A DNA stretch of 64,000 nt from Callorhinchus milii (lineage: Eukaryota), in contig NW_024704742.1 in NCBI RefSeq assembly GCF_018977255.1, positions 83,330,001-83,394,000 of the forward strand. The letters are read 5' to 3'. The position numbers were made by a program, and so were the translations under genes. Shown one piece after another: positions 1-13,389 of this stretch (the first letter of the stretch is position 1; each line of letters starts with the position of its first letter). The notes beneath the pieces were generated by a model. That model was not told where the DNA came from. It saw only the letters and a program-made list of their open reading frames with translations, and did no database searches.

Positions 1-515
1 AGATTGACTGTCAGGTTTGCCGACAAATACACAGTCACCACACTTTACAGTGAATCCTGTGAAGCACTTTAGCACATCTTCACAAATGTGATCAAGGCAC
101 TTTAAATATGAAATGAAAATGTCAAATACAAGGATTATTATTAGCAATAGTGTTACTACTTCAAAATCAGAGTTCCTGAGGGCTGATGGAAATTTAATGG
201 AATCCTGTTCAGAAATATCAAACTACCCACCCACTATTGTTTGTATCCCGAGCATAAAAACCTTTGCATTTGATAATTTGCCTTATCACATTGTTGAGAT
301 GACTGTGCCAAGCTGATATGCAGGTGAACATAACAACATCCACTTCAGTCACCCAGTGTAAAAGTCTAGCAATCCCAACAAGGTAATGTACAGATCACTA
401 GAGAGAATCAGATGAAAAAAGCCCTCCCACTCATTTTAGCTTATCTTTCCAGAAAACCCACCCTCCCATTACAGCACCAAGCTGTTTCTTAAACGATTCC
501 AGTGCTCTGGACTCC

Positions 516-870
516 ACAACAACAACAACAACAAGATTCCATTTATAGAGCGCCTTTCACGTCAGGAGGACGTCCCAAGGCGCTGCACAGTTGGGTTATG
601 ACCCGAGCAGGGGGGAAATGGTCAGGGTGAGGGGAGGGAAGGGAGGGAGCGAGGAGGGGGGAAATGGTCAGGGTGAGGGGAGGGAAGGGAGGGAGCGAGG
701 AGGGGGAAGAGAGTCGAGACGGGAGCTGAAGGCTCGGTCAAAGAGAAAGGTTTTGAGACCGGCCTTGAAGGAGGAGAGGGAGGAGGCGGCGAAGGCACTG
801 GGGGATAGAGTTCCAGAGCCTCGGGGCTGAGAGGCTGAAGGCCCGGCCACCGATGGTAGGGCGATTGGGA
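516..870 (-). mobile_element. young L2 LINE 3' fragment
   Basis: (GTT)n tail, 3' stem-loop and end of ORF2 (...FKAGLKTFLFDRAF). Near-identical to the copies at 2097-2387 and 9890-10233. Confidence 0.9.
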
Positions 871-1499
871 CCTTTCACCATCCTTTCTGGCTTCCTAGTC
901 CTGCTATTGATTACTGTCTCTGCAAATTATTGTCAGCTCTCTGCCTACTCCACTTGTGTCTGTAAAAAGACTGCGACCAAATCTTTAAAAAAAACAGCAG
1001 TAGAGGATTGGCAAAGAACAAGGTTCCTTTGCCACTGTGTGGAAAGCACAACTTGAGTCTGATCCAGCAGGATGTAGGTAGAGTCCCAGAAGGCAAATCA
1101 ACGGTATCAAATACTTTAAAACTATTGGGGAAGGAAGGAAGGGAGGAAGGAAACTTACATTTTTATAGCAGTTTATCACATTAAACATCTCAAAGAACTT
1201 CACAGCTATAGGCTGTCGAGTGTATTGACTGTTTTTGTAGGCACAGGAAGATCCCATAAAGAGCCTATGAGGTGAATGGGCAATTAATCTGAACCACTGA
1301 TGGCCAGGTCATGGGAAGAAACTTCTTTCTCTTTCCAAATAGCATCATGGGATCTTTGAAGGGAAGCCAACAGCTTTTATTTTCTTGCAGCACATTCACA
1401 ACAATTTGAAAACATACCATGATATCTTTATGTTTGCTTCGAATAACTATGTGACAAACAATGTGCTGCGTGCAGTACCAGGTTATATCATGTATACTT

Positions 1500-1568
1500 G
1501 GAGTCCTGTAGCTCAGTGGTTAGAGCACTCGCCTCGCAAGTGAGAGACCTGGGTTCGATTCCCGGCAA
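1500..1568 (+). mobile_element. isolated tRNA-Ala(CGC)-derived SINE head
   Basis: A box tagctcagtgg, B box gggttcgattccc, anticodon-like loop ctcgcaa. Same head as the full SINE copies. Confidence 0.85.
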
Positions 1569-2387
1569 CTCAGGCGCTGACAGCATCAGCATCCAAGGCT
1601 GCACTCTCCACCTCTCAAAGCCGGTCAGCAACCTCGGGGTTCTGTTCGACCCTGAGCTGTCCTTTCTTCCCCACATCCGCGCAACAGCTGGCACTGCCTT
1701 CCACCACCTCTGGAACATCGCCAGACTACGGCACTACCTCACCCCTCACGCTGCTGAAACCCTGGTCCACGCCTTTATCACCTCAAGGCTGGACTATGGG
1801 AACTCTCTCCTCGCCGGCCTTCCCAGCACCTCCCTCCACACTGCAGGTCATTCAGAACTCTGCAGCTCGTGTACTGTCCCGCACCAGGCTTCGGGACCAC
1901 ATCACTCCCACCCTCGCTCACCTCCACTCGCTCCCCATCCCCCAGAGGATTGATTTCAAGATCCTCATCTTCACCTACAAGGCCATTCACGGCCTCGCTC
2001 CCTCCTACCTCTCCAACCTACTATCCCCCTACTTACCTGCCCGTACCCTCCGTTCCTCTGGCTCCGGTCTGCTCCACGTCCCCCGCCCCAACCGCCCTAT
2101 CATCGGTGGCCGGGCCTTCAGCCTCTCAGCCCCGAGGCTCTGGAACTCTATCCCCCACTGCCTTCGCCGCCTCCTCCCTTTCCTCCTTCAAGGCCGGTCT
2201 CAAGACCTTTCTCTTTGACCGTGCCTTCAGCTCCCCTCTCGACTCTCTACCCCCTCGTCTCTCACCCTGACCATTTCCCCCCTGCTCGGGTCCCGACCCA
2301 ACTGTCCAGCGCCTTTGGACGTCCTCCCGACGTGAAATTCTTCCCGACGTGAAATTTATAAATGAAATCTTGTTGTTGTTGTTGTTG
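1569..2387 (+). mobile_element. L2 LINE 3' fragment (frameshifted ORF2 C-terminus)
   Basis: NLGVLFDPELSF...HAFITSRLDYGNSLLAG...IQNSAARVL...IDFKILIFTYKAIHGLAPSYL...GGRAFSLSAPRLWNSIP, then a (GTT)n tail. Confidence 0.92.
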
Positions 2388-4386
2388 GACAAGTTTATAT
2401 ATATATATATAGTTCATTCAAATCATATGGAACGTCCCACATTGTATCAATCTGGCACTCATCAAATAACAGTTCATTTGTATATAGAAAGATCACAGGA
2501 GGCCATTCGACCCATCGAGTCTGCACCAACTCACTGAGCAAGGAGATCGCTTCAGTCCCACCACCCCACCTTATCCCTATAGCTCTTCAAATCCCTCTCT
2601 TTCATATACCTGTCTCTCTCTTGAAAGTTACAATGGACTCCACCACGACCACCCTCCGTAGCAGGGCTTTCCACATCCACATAATTCTACTAAAGTAGAA
2701 GTTTATTATTAAACACCTTGAAATAACTTAGTGCCCAGTGCCCTGGAAGTTGGTCATGTGCTAACAAATGGCCAATTTCTGGGTGATAAGGTCACCAGTG
2801 ATGTGACTTCCTGTGGTTATGTTTTTTAAGCACAGGTGGACCTAGTCTTATTGCGCAAACATGTGCAGTGAATGCTCATTGATGATATTGCCCCATTACA
2901 CTGCTGGTTGGGATTTTATGAACCCTAACTGGGATGTTTTAATGGTGTTCTTCTGTATTCCTCATCTGTATTCTGCGTTCACTTTGTTTGCTTGTGCATT
3001 TTTTTCTGGGGAGTAGAATGCTTGCATTTGATTTAGTGCCTATAATGTCGAGAATGGCTTAACATGCTTTATAAGTGTAAAGGGTAGGGATTGTGAATTT
3101 GTTTATGAACACAGCAGACAATTTTCACACTGAAGTGACCCACAGACAGCTATCAAATGAGCGACCAATTTTATCTGATGATTTGTTGGTCAGGTCACCA
3201 GGTAAATTTCCCTTTTCTTTTCAAATAGTGGCATGGAATTTTCAACATCTGACTGAACAGGCAGATGGGGCCTCAGTTTATCCGAAGGATGGCACCTCCG
3301 ACAATGTCGTGCTCCCCCAGCACTCTACTGAAGTGTCAGCCTAAATTATGAGCTCTGTTGCCCCAACGTAGGGCTTGAACCAATAACCTGAGAAGAAAAT
3401 GCTATCAATTTGGCCAGGTTGATACCTGAAGGAATCTTTGCTGTACTTTGCCTTTCAAGACCTCAGAACTGTAATAATTTTGTCCAATGCATCTTACTCG
3501 GGGATGAAAGCACCAAGTGTTATATTTCCATTTCCAACAGTTGTCATCCTTATAGTTAGCCTAAATCAGGCAGTCAATTTATTGGTAGTTTTGCTGTACC
3601 CTTTGTATAGATGTTCGCAAGGCTCCCTGACTGTTTAAGACAGTTCATTTAGAAACCTTTATTTCCACCACAGAATAGAGACTCTGCTTATCTCATTAAC
3701 TTGAACTTGATATAAACCCAGTTGCTGAGGTCAAAGAGCAATGTTCTAACCCATTGCTCCTGCAACTCCCTGATGCATCGTTCCTTTAAACATTGTACAC
3801 TTGCTCTCCTCATTTCATGGATGATGATGCTCTTATGATGACTATCCCCGCTGTTTTCTCAAGCTTCCTTCGGTGTCATGGAGACAGTCACAAGCCATCA
3901 GTTCCTAAATTAAGAAGTTATTTCTTTAACTCAAAGGTACAATAACACCAATGTAGAAACGCAGTCCACAGGGGAGACCTGTGTGTGTAACTATTACACT
4001 AATGGTGCTGACAAGCTAGCTTAACACATGGAGGGAGAGAGCTTCCTCACTCCCTGTGGTCAGCTCCACACTCTTTATAGAACACTGCACTATTCACAAA
4101 TCCCAAGCTCACAAAGTCTAAAAAAAATGCTGATGAGAAAAATACAGGCAGCAAATGGTTGCCATTTTGAGATTTTGACGACTTGGAATTTGTAAACCGT
4201 CGGCCCTGAATTCCTCAAGCTGATAGTCCCAAACCGGAAGCGGTGATTAATGTAACAAATCCTATTCACAAGTATCATAACTTAATCCACAGTGTTAGTG
4301 GTCTATTTATAGAGTGTTCTCAAGATACAGTCCTTTCTGTTCATGTTGTTAATAAAACATACGGGGGGGGGGGGAGAAATTTCACC

Positions 4387-4598
4387 TGGGCCTAGATTTA
4401 CTCTATTTATATAACATTTCAGACTGTTGAGAATTTGGCAAATTCTTAAACACAGCCTCAATTCTGAAGCCATTGTTTTGCTGTACATTTTCTTTAAGAA
4501 CTGCAGAGAATCGGCTCCACAGTTAAGACTGAATTCAACAATTTGTCAAATTTTGTGTGCTTTGAAACGCTAAGAAAAATAGAGTAAATCTAGACCCA
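4387..4598. mobile_element. palindromic MITE
   Basis: 22-bp terminal inverted repeats tgggcctagatttactctattt / aaatagagtaaatctagaccca (1 mismatch) with internal dyad symmetry. A related fragment lies near 6760-6840. Confidence 0.7.
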
Positions 4599-6069
4599 AC
4601 TGCTCTTTCTCTTCCCTATATTGTTTCACATATAATTTGTATACTAAATAAATATTATATTTTATTATATTACATAAACATTATATACAATTATAATAAT
4701 AATTGTATATAAAATCTCTCCCCCCGTGTCACCTTGGTCTGTTCTTGCTGTACAAAACAGTTACTGACAGGACTGAAATTGAGTGTAGATTAAAAGCAAA
4801 TATTGAATGAAACACTAACACAGAACCAATGAGGCTAAAAGTATCATCATTCATCTATACTACATTTCCCCTTCAGGATTGCAATGAAAAGATAAATTAA
4901 TTTTGATAATAGTGCAGATGAGGCTGTGTACCAAGGAACAATCATATTTTCATGATAGCCATAAGAAAATGACATTGTCTGCCGAAGGGACTGTTTGAAC
5001 AATGCACAATTACAAAGATAAACGTACGTTGTACTGTATCAATGCATCTTATTCATTGATCCTAAGCATAGAGCTTGCTGTATGTAAATGACATTCAGGG
5101 TGTTTATAGCACTGCAAATTGTGAAACTTTCCTCAAATAACTTGTATCCCTTCTCAGGCTGAAAGTTTTGATATAACACACTTGGAATGACACAATGCTG
5201 AAAATCCATTTGTATGTAAACTGGGAGATGAGCAATTTGCATTTTCAGACCTCTGATGCAAATTCCACACAAACGTAAGACACCTCCAGTTTTGTACAAC
5301 ATTTGCAAAACAAATGTTTATCTGTAAATCGAACAAAATGGGAAGGAATAAGTTAACCATATTTTTCAGGGCTATGAAGTTGTCAGAATATAATCGAAGA
5401 ATACATTTCCACATACTTTTAATATTTTCAGGTCCAACCTTCCTGGTAATGTTATTAAAACACAAGTTTCATCTGCTGCAATTTGGAGAAAACGCTGATG
5501 ATTGCTCATGCTGCCTTTTTGGCCTGGCATATGTTGATATACAGTTACAAAATGTACAAGGAACGAGTGGAACTCCTCTCCCCACTGACAGTCATGCTGT
5601 TCTGAGATGCTTAGCAAAATAGAGTTATTTACAGTGAGCTGCACCAGTTATCTAATGGCAGCTGTCTTATGATCTCTCAGGTGTTCAACTATTCCAACTA
5701 GTAATACTGATCCACTGATGTACTTTTTCTCTCTGGTACCTACTTAACATATTTTATTTTGACAATGCCGTTTGTGTTCATCAAGATGACGGGTGCCCAT
5801 GCTGGGAGCGTTTCCATTTTGAATATAGATGGCCTTGCATCAAACACACCCAGGACCCGGGAACAGCACAAGATAGATAGAGAATAAAGCTTCCAGTATT
5901 CTGTGCCAACAATCAGCTGAGCCTCAACTTCAGAAAAGCAACCACATTTGCCAACCATTTTGCCAACAAAAATACAGTCACTACCCCTGAATCTGTGAAG
6001 AAACGATGAAGAGTTATCTTCTTGACGTGAAAGGAGCTGTGTCAAATGCAAGGATGATTATGATTATTA

Positions 6070-6243
6070 CAGTAAAACCCACATAGGTCTGATCTGTATA
6101 AATCGTATCATTGGCTAAATTGTACATTTGCCCAAATCCTATTCAAAAGTTTATAATCTATGCAAGTTTGACATAACTCATACTTTGCATAAGTCATACA
6201 AATGTATGGTCTCAATTTATATGAGTTATGTGAAGTTTACAGT
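6070..6243. mobile_element. Tc1/mariner (Tigger/pogo-like) MITE
   Basis: Ends ta-cagtaaaacc ... gtttacag-ta. A diverged reverse-complement copy is at ~25485-25675. Confidence 0.6.
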
Positions 6244-6269
6244 ATTTTATTAAATATATTAAATATATT

Positions 6270-6527
6270 AAACTTGGGCAAGTTTCCTTACTCCATACTC
6301 CTGATAATAATCCTTCNAAAAAATAATAAATTGGTCATTTTAATCCATGACTGTTTGTGGGACACTGCTGTGCACATTTGGCTGCCGCATTTCGCCCACA
6401 AATATACAGTTAATTCACTTTACAGTCTATTCTGTGAAGTGCTTTGAGACGTCTAGAAGACGTGAAAAGCGGTATATCAAATCCAAGGATTATTATTAAA
6501 TTATTATTATTATTATCATTATTATTA
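6270..6527 (+). mobile_element. 5'-truncated tRNA-SINE
   Basis: Body ctgtttgtgggacactgctgtg...ggctgccgc with (ATT)n tail. Confidence 0.85.
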
Positions 6528-6959
6528 GGATTAGCATTAAGTTTAGTTATATTTTCCAATTCCCTCACTAACCACCCATGATGTTTTTGAGTGACAATAC
6601 CAATTTAACAACCAGTTAAAGGTTACTTTATACTGGGAGCTCATGCACACAGGGAATTTAATTGAGACAGCTAATATTTATCAAACATCTGGGGTTCAGT
6701 ATTTTGATATTTCTTAATGGGACTTCTAAATTAAGAAATAATATCTGAGATAAAGTTTCACCTGTGTCCAGATTTATTCTATAAAGGTAGAGTTTGGAGT
6801 CCCGAATTTTGCAAATTGATAAATTCAATCTTAGCTTTGCTTTGAAGGCTTCAAATTTAAACATACAGATAATAATTATAATAATAATCATCTTGGTCCC
6901 AGACACACCTTTTCTCCCACATCATCCAGACACACATTTTCTCCCACACATCATTTCCA

Positions 6960-7522
6960 ATCACCTAGAGTATTGTGTGCAGTTTTGGTCTCCTTATTTA
7001 AAAAAGGACATACTTGCCCTAGAGGGGGTGCAGCGTAGATTAGTTAGTTTAGTTCCTGGAATGAGGGGACTGACCTATGAGGATAGGCTGAATAAACTAG
7101 GGCTATATTCTCTAGAGTACAGAAGAATTAGGGGAGATCTTATTGAAACATATAAGATTCTTAAAGGGCTGGATAAAGTATACACTGAGGGTCTGTTTCC
7201 CCTGGTAGGAGAATCTATAATCAGGGAACATAGTCTTAAAATTAAGTGTCAGCCTTTTAGAACAGAGTTGAGGAAACATTTCTTCACTCAGAAGGTAGTG
7301 AATTTATGGAATTCACTACCCAGAAGGCTGTAGATGCTCAGTCCTTGAACATCTTCAAGACTGAGACTGATAGATTTCTAAAAAGTAGAGAGATTAGGGG
7401 ATATGGGGATAGGGCAGGTAATTAGAGTTAGGTCTGAAGGTCAGCCATGATCTTATCGAATAGCGGGGCAGGCTCGAGGGGCTGAATGGCCTACTTCTGC
7501 TCCTAATTCTTATGTTCTTATG
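6960..7522 (+). mobile_element. CR1 LINE 3' fragment
   Basis: LEYCVQFWSPYLKKDILALEGVQRR...YEDRLNKLGLYSLEYRRIRGDLIETYKIL...RKHFFTQKVVNLWNSLP, with a 3' tail ending in (ttcttatg)2. Confidence 0.92.
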
Positions 7523-8817
7523 ATACTACAGAGCAGCTTCTTCCATTTGATACATCACCTTTCACGACAGGAGGACATCTCAAAGCGCTTCACAGTATGC
7601 ATTATAAAGTATAGTCATTATGTATTTTTTGGAAGAACGTGGCAGCCAATTTGAGATAAATGATGGGAAAATCAGTAGACATGCCATTGCACTAAAATTG
7701 TGGTCAATCCTATTTTTTCTTTGATCCACATGATATTTAGAATTCCTTTTTTTTGGCAAAATTTATTATCGAGCTCTGACACTTCATTAAACTTAATTTG
7801 TTGTGTGCGTTTGGAGGTTATAGATATATTACAGACATTCTTTCATTTCCTATTTATTTAGATTAAATTTCATCCTTGGGTAGTTTCATAATGTTTATCT
7901 GCTTTAAGGGATTTGGAAGTAGCTAATGTACTGCCATCCAATTTAATTTCTTCCTCGTGTTTCAAATAGCAGCAGACTCCCAGCCAATCTTGGTAAAACT
8001 CTCCCTTTCACCGCACTATTAAAATGTCTTGCAACTAATTCCAGGCTCGGTTGTCTAAGATTTTGAAATAGTGCTTTAATTTTGGTCGGAGCCTTGCTCC
8101 ATTTGTGTGCTGGACCAAGATCAGAATCCACAAAAGTCCCAATATCATCCTCAGAGCATCATAAGCATCTTTCTGACATGCCGTTTACAGGCTATTTTGC
8201 AATCACTACGAATTGCCTCAGTGCTGGTGTAGGGGTCCAGTGGTCTTCACTTTACAGAAACATGATGGTGCCGAGCAGTATTTGATGAAGACTTTCCCGC
8301 TAAACCACTCACTGTGTGCAGCTGTCCAGTATAGGGCATATCTGCAACTGGCTGCAGAATATTATAGTTGAATATCACACTTCCAGAAACTACCGCTTCT
8401 CTACCAAATCAATGTCATTTGATTTCAACATCAACATTTGACTAAAATCAACGATTCGGCTAATTATGGAGAGGGATATCTCACACGAACAAGCCAGATT
8501 GAGCTTGTCTTTCTATTTTTGATCTTCCTTCTCAGAATCCCCAACCTCTTTCTCCCCCTTCCACCTCCCTTCACCCCCGCGGTTCCAGGTCAACATAAGT
8601 GAGATGACTAGTTGCAGTGAAGTAGCTCGGCAGCACCCTGACCAAGATATATATCTATCCACATGAGAGGCTTGGTGTATTGCATTATATTCCTTAGAGC
8701 TGAGGAGCTTAAGAGATGATTTGATTGAGAAGTTTTAAAATAGTCAAGGGAATTTATAAGCTGAGATCACTCCTCTCTCTGATAGAAGAATCTAATACAA
8801 GGGTTATAATAAAATTA

Positions 8818-9108
8818 AAAATAATCCTTGTATTTGATATGGCGCCTTATCACACCATTGAGACAGAATATACTGTAAAGTGAATTGACTGTGTATTTTG
8901 TGGGCAGCCAATTGCGCACAGCAGTGTCCCACAAACAGTCGTGGATTGAGTGACTACATATTTTTAAAAAGTAATTATTACCCCCAGAAAAGGATCTATC
9001 AATCGACTAATAACCAGGTTCCTACTTACTGCTAGATAAACTACTCGGGAATCAAACCTGGGTCCTCTCATATGTGAGGCGAATGCTCTAACCAATATGC
9101 TACAGGGT
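8818..9108 (-). mobile_element. tRNA-SINE nested in an old CR1 fragment (~8670-9340, +)
   Basis: SINE tail, body and head on the minus strand. CR1-like sequence (tattccttagagctgaggagcttaagagatgatttgattgag ... cacattttacacacaaag) continues on both sides. Confidence 0.75.
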
Positions 9109-9889
9109 TGAAGTGAGATCAGGACACATTTTTACACACAAAGTGTCATGAAACTGTTGAATGCTCTTCTTCAAAAGGCCATACAGGCAGAATCAATGCA
9201 ATGTTTAAAAGGGAGATAGTTAGGTATTAAAGGATTATGGAGAAAAGGCTGGGAAATTAGATTAAAAGATGTACTGTGATCAAATAAAATGGCAGAACAA
9301 GTTCAATAAGTCAAATAATCTACCCCTGTGCCTATGTTTCTGAGTGATTACAGTCTGTGCCATTAAGGTAACTGATCCTAAGATTGACCAGGTTACTTTA
9401 ATGAAATGATCAGATTAACCTTTAAAGGTCTGAAACATTGGATGAATTAAGTTTTCGGAATCAGTTTTCAGGCAATCAGCTGTCAAGTGATATCCAGTTT
9501 AGGATCAGAGTCTGGGTCTGTGAAGGGACGGTTAAACAAAGATAATCCAATATTACATTGGAGAAAAAAATAATGAAGTGTAAAGCTTGAAGATAAATAG
9601 AATAATAAATAATGTGGTCTAATAATATGGTTTAAATGGGGATTCTTAAACATAATCAAACATCATTAGCCAAACATAGACACCCTCTTTCTTCTTTGAA
9701 CTCTAGGCATGACTTTGACTTCCAGCTCAAGAGCTGATGGTGGCATTTGGCTACTGGTTAGTGGGATAGTGAATTTTCTGTGACTGTTCTCCTGGTAAGG
9801 AAGGTTCATTCGAGCTGAGCTGGCTCTAAGGTAATGTTTGATAACGGAATGTCGGAAGCAAGTCAGCTAAATGTGGCGGACTCAGTCCT

Positions 9890-10233
9890 GTACCCTCCGT
9901 TCCTCTGGCTCCGGTCTGCTCCACATCCCCCGCCCCAACCGCCCTACCATCGGTGGCCGGGCCTTCAGCCTCTCAGCCCCGAGGCTCTGGAACTCTATCC
10001 CCCAGTGCCTTCACCGTCCCCTCCCTTTCCTCCTTCAAGGCCGGTCTCAAGACCTTTCTCTTTGACCGAGCCTTCAGCTCCCCTCTCGACTCTCTACCCC
10101 CTCCTCGCTCCCTCCCTTCCCTCCCCTCACCCTGACCATTTCCCCCCTGCTCGGGTCCTGACCCAACTGTCCAGTGCCTTGGGACGTCCTCCCGACGAGA
10201 AAGGCGCTCTATAAATGAAATCTTGTTGTTGTT
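9890..10233 (+). mobile_element. young L2 LINE 3' fragment
   Basis: Near-identical to 2043-2387, with a (GTT)n tail. Confidence 0.9.
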
Positions 10234-13200
10234 CAGTTCTGAGCCAGGCAGGTCCGCAGTACTCCAGGGCACTGCTGATGACAACACAGTCAGCCTGGCT
10301 CATCGGCAGAACCTGGAAGGGCACTGGGAGCAGGGAATCATTCCCTTCAGCTCCCATTAACCCTGCAAGCCAAAGCCCAAACGGGTAGTGTGACCTTACC
10401 TGGACAAGCAGTGGGAAAGCTTGCCAGACAGACAGTGCTATCAATGATAAGCTATGTGTTTTTTGCTGGTTAGATTCCAGAAACACACTGGGGACTCCAA
10501 GCCATGGATCGTACCAACCTGTGCCTAATACTTTCGGAATTTAGGATGCTTCCCTCAAGGAAGATTGAGCATTCTGTTCCAATAAATATCTCTGGAATTT
10601 CCATGTATAGGTGGCTGCTTGGCACTCACAATCTGGTTTGGATACTCTTAAGCATGGTGATGGTTTCCGCATTTGTCAAACACTGGCTGACCCCAAAAAA
10701 TGTGGACTAAAACTAAGATACTGTTAACCGACAGTTGAAAGCCATGGACTGGAATACAAATCACATTTGTTCTTTTCGGAATTTCAGCAATGAGCAATTT
10801 TTAGCGATGATTAACACCAGTATAAAACAGAAGTTAGAGCAGCGCCACGAATATTGGGAGAAAGAAATTAGAGGCAGATCACAAGCAATTTTGTGAAATT
10901 AACTTTTGCTATAAATATATTCTCTTTTAACAATTGAACAAATCAATGTTTCAGCACAATACCTGTCAATGTTCAAATATATTTTTGAGAACGTTCCTTT
11001 TTCAAACAGATCTAGGGAACGAGACAGAAAGGAAGCCATTTGCAGTGGTATGGAGGAAAAAGGCAGATAAACCAGACTGAAAGGATTGCTCTTTCAAAGA
11101 ACCAGCACAGATACGATGGGCCAAATGGCCTTCTTTTGTGCCGTAAATTTCTATGGTTGTATCTTGATAGGATAAGTGTCTGTGTGTATGAATTGAAACT
11201 AGATACTTGGAAAAAAGAGGCTGAGGCACAAAAAGGATTCCTCCAGTTTGCCAGCCCAGCGAATATCAATTACATCTGAGTTAAAGCACCCTTCTGGGAG
11301 CTCTTCATAGCAGTGCCTTGAGACGAAAGCTGCATTGGAAATGGTGTCTTCCTGAGACAAGGTGAGGAGCCTGAAAACTTTACAAAAACACCTAATCATA
11401 TCATATCAGACAGGTCCTGGGAAGAAGCGGAGTGTTTTGTATCCTCATATTACAGCTTTATTACAGAAAAATCGTGAAACCTGGAATCTGGTCCAGGCTA
11501 GAGCGAGGCGTTTGCCAGTCTTGATAGGGGTCATCTTATAGAGGGAGGGAAAAAAAAGTCCATAAGTTCCTCTACATCCCTCCTGCTGAGCTGACCAAAT
11601 GGTAGGACTTTGCGATTCAATGGGGGTCAGAATTTGAGACTTTCATTCATTTTTCATTGATGTTTTGCCCATAAAATACACTGTCAATCCAGTTTACAAT
11701 ATATTCTGTGAAGTGCGTTGAGACGTATGAACGACGTGATAAGGCGCTACATCCAATGCAAAAATTATTATTATCTATGTCAATTTGCTAATGATATTGG
11801 GTATTGTTTGCAGTGAAGAAAACCTCTCTTCTTTTTTTTAAACTCTCCACCCCTACAACAATTTACATTTATATTGCGTCTTTCACATCAGGAAGCTGTC
11901 TCGAAACGCTCGAAACAAATCATTCTTGATTAGTTAACACCCTTTGTTTTAATGTTGCAATATGCTTCAGTAGCTATCATTTCGGAAATTCTACTGCGAT
12001 TTCAGAGTTTCGCCTAAAAAGTTGTACACTCAGCTCCATTCAAGCCCTTGGAGCAGCAAAGTGCCCTTGGTCACCAAACATTAATGCTTCTAATGTATGC
12101 CTCAGTGAATTCTATCATTACTTGTCCCTTAATGAGGGAGCGCGGTTGCATACAGATAAAATTAAATTCTAAGGTCCACTGCCTTTGCCAACAGGTACCA
12201 TTATGCATCCCCAGAGGGAACAAATAGATTTCTCAAGGAGTTTTATAGTGAAATAACACAGCTGTGTACACCCGGGCTCTTTTCAAATCGATTGTTTCAT
12301 AACTCTTGATGAATGACATGCTTTTAAATACATTTGTGCACAATAGATTTGTTTCTTCTATTCTCTTAGTTAATTAAAATGTGCTGTCCAGCGGCCCTCC
12401 CTGAGAAGATGTCTGATCAAACCACGTTTCCTCTGCCCATCTCACTTCATCCCCCACACCCCCACGATTCTCTTACGCAACCTGCGTCCACAGAGTTTGA
12501 CAATCTACATTTCACCCTTCCCAACTCTCCTCCGCCCTCTTGCCATAAAGTCCACAGACAACAACAACAATAAAATTACATTTGTAAAGTGCCTTTCACA
12601 TTGGGAGGACATGCCAAAGTGCTGAACCACCCACCACCACTCCTAACCCTTCCTCCCTGCCCCCCACACCACCACCTCCTCACATCAGTGCCCCTATTCA
12701 CTTCACCATTCCTAAAGCCAATGGCAGAGGCAGATTCCGCAAGTTGGGGTGGGGGTGGGGGGTTGGCAGGGGCAATGGATCAATAGTAACACCACCTTCC
12801 TACTGCTCTTCATACTGCCTCATACCTCCAACTCCCCAAATTGTGAAATTGGCTTTAGAGGAACAAGATTTGAAATTTATTCTCCAGCTAGCCTTCCAGA
12901 GAAAGCCGAGCTGAACGGAAACAAAATAATAATAATCCTTACATTTGATATAGCTCCGAAGTGAATTGACTATACATTTTGTGGGCAAATGTGGCAGCCA
13001 ACCGCACACAGCAGTGTCCCACAAACAGTCGTGGACCAAATTATTAAAAGGAGGCAAAAAGAAAACCGAATAGGACAAAAAAAGGATGCGAAATAAAACA
13101 TTCTGAAATTACCCCTCTCCACCTTCCCTATTTGAAGTGAAAGGGGAGTACTTGAGTACCCAGCCCATCAATTTCCCCCTTCCATTTGCAAAAGCTCAAG

Positions 13201-13389
13201 CTGTGGGCGTTATTAAAAACCTGAACAAAGTCGATCATATGGATTGTTCAGTATGGGGAATGGACATACACAGATGCATAGCTGGAGAAACAGGGATTGT
13301 TGCTGTCAACAAGCCAGGTTGGCTCTGGGCACTCTTTTTTTATTCCTCATCTGTTCTATTTCAATTAAGATCTTCCAATCAAATCCCAA

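Noticed and set aside
1500..1570. tRNA-Ala gene
   Set aside because: The acceptor stem does not close, there is no oligo-T terminator, and the same head begins many SINE copies.
6317..6317. Ambiguous base n
   Set aside because: Assembly ambiguity inside a SINE.
6899..6958. Short tandem duplications (also 56206-56237 and 62358-62391) and a small hairpin at 37067-37090
   Set aside because: Two-copy slippage-type events with no array or spacer structure; not CRISPR-like.
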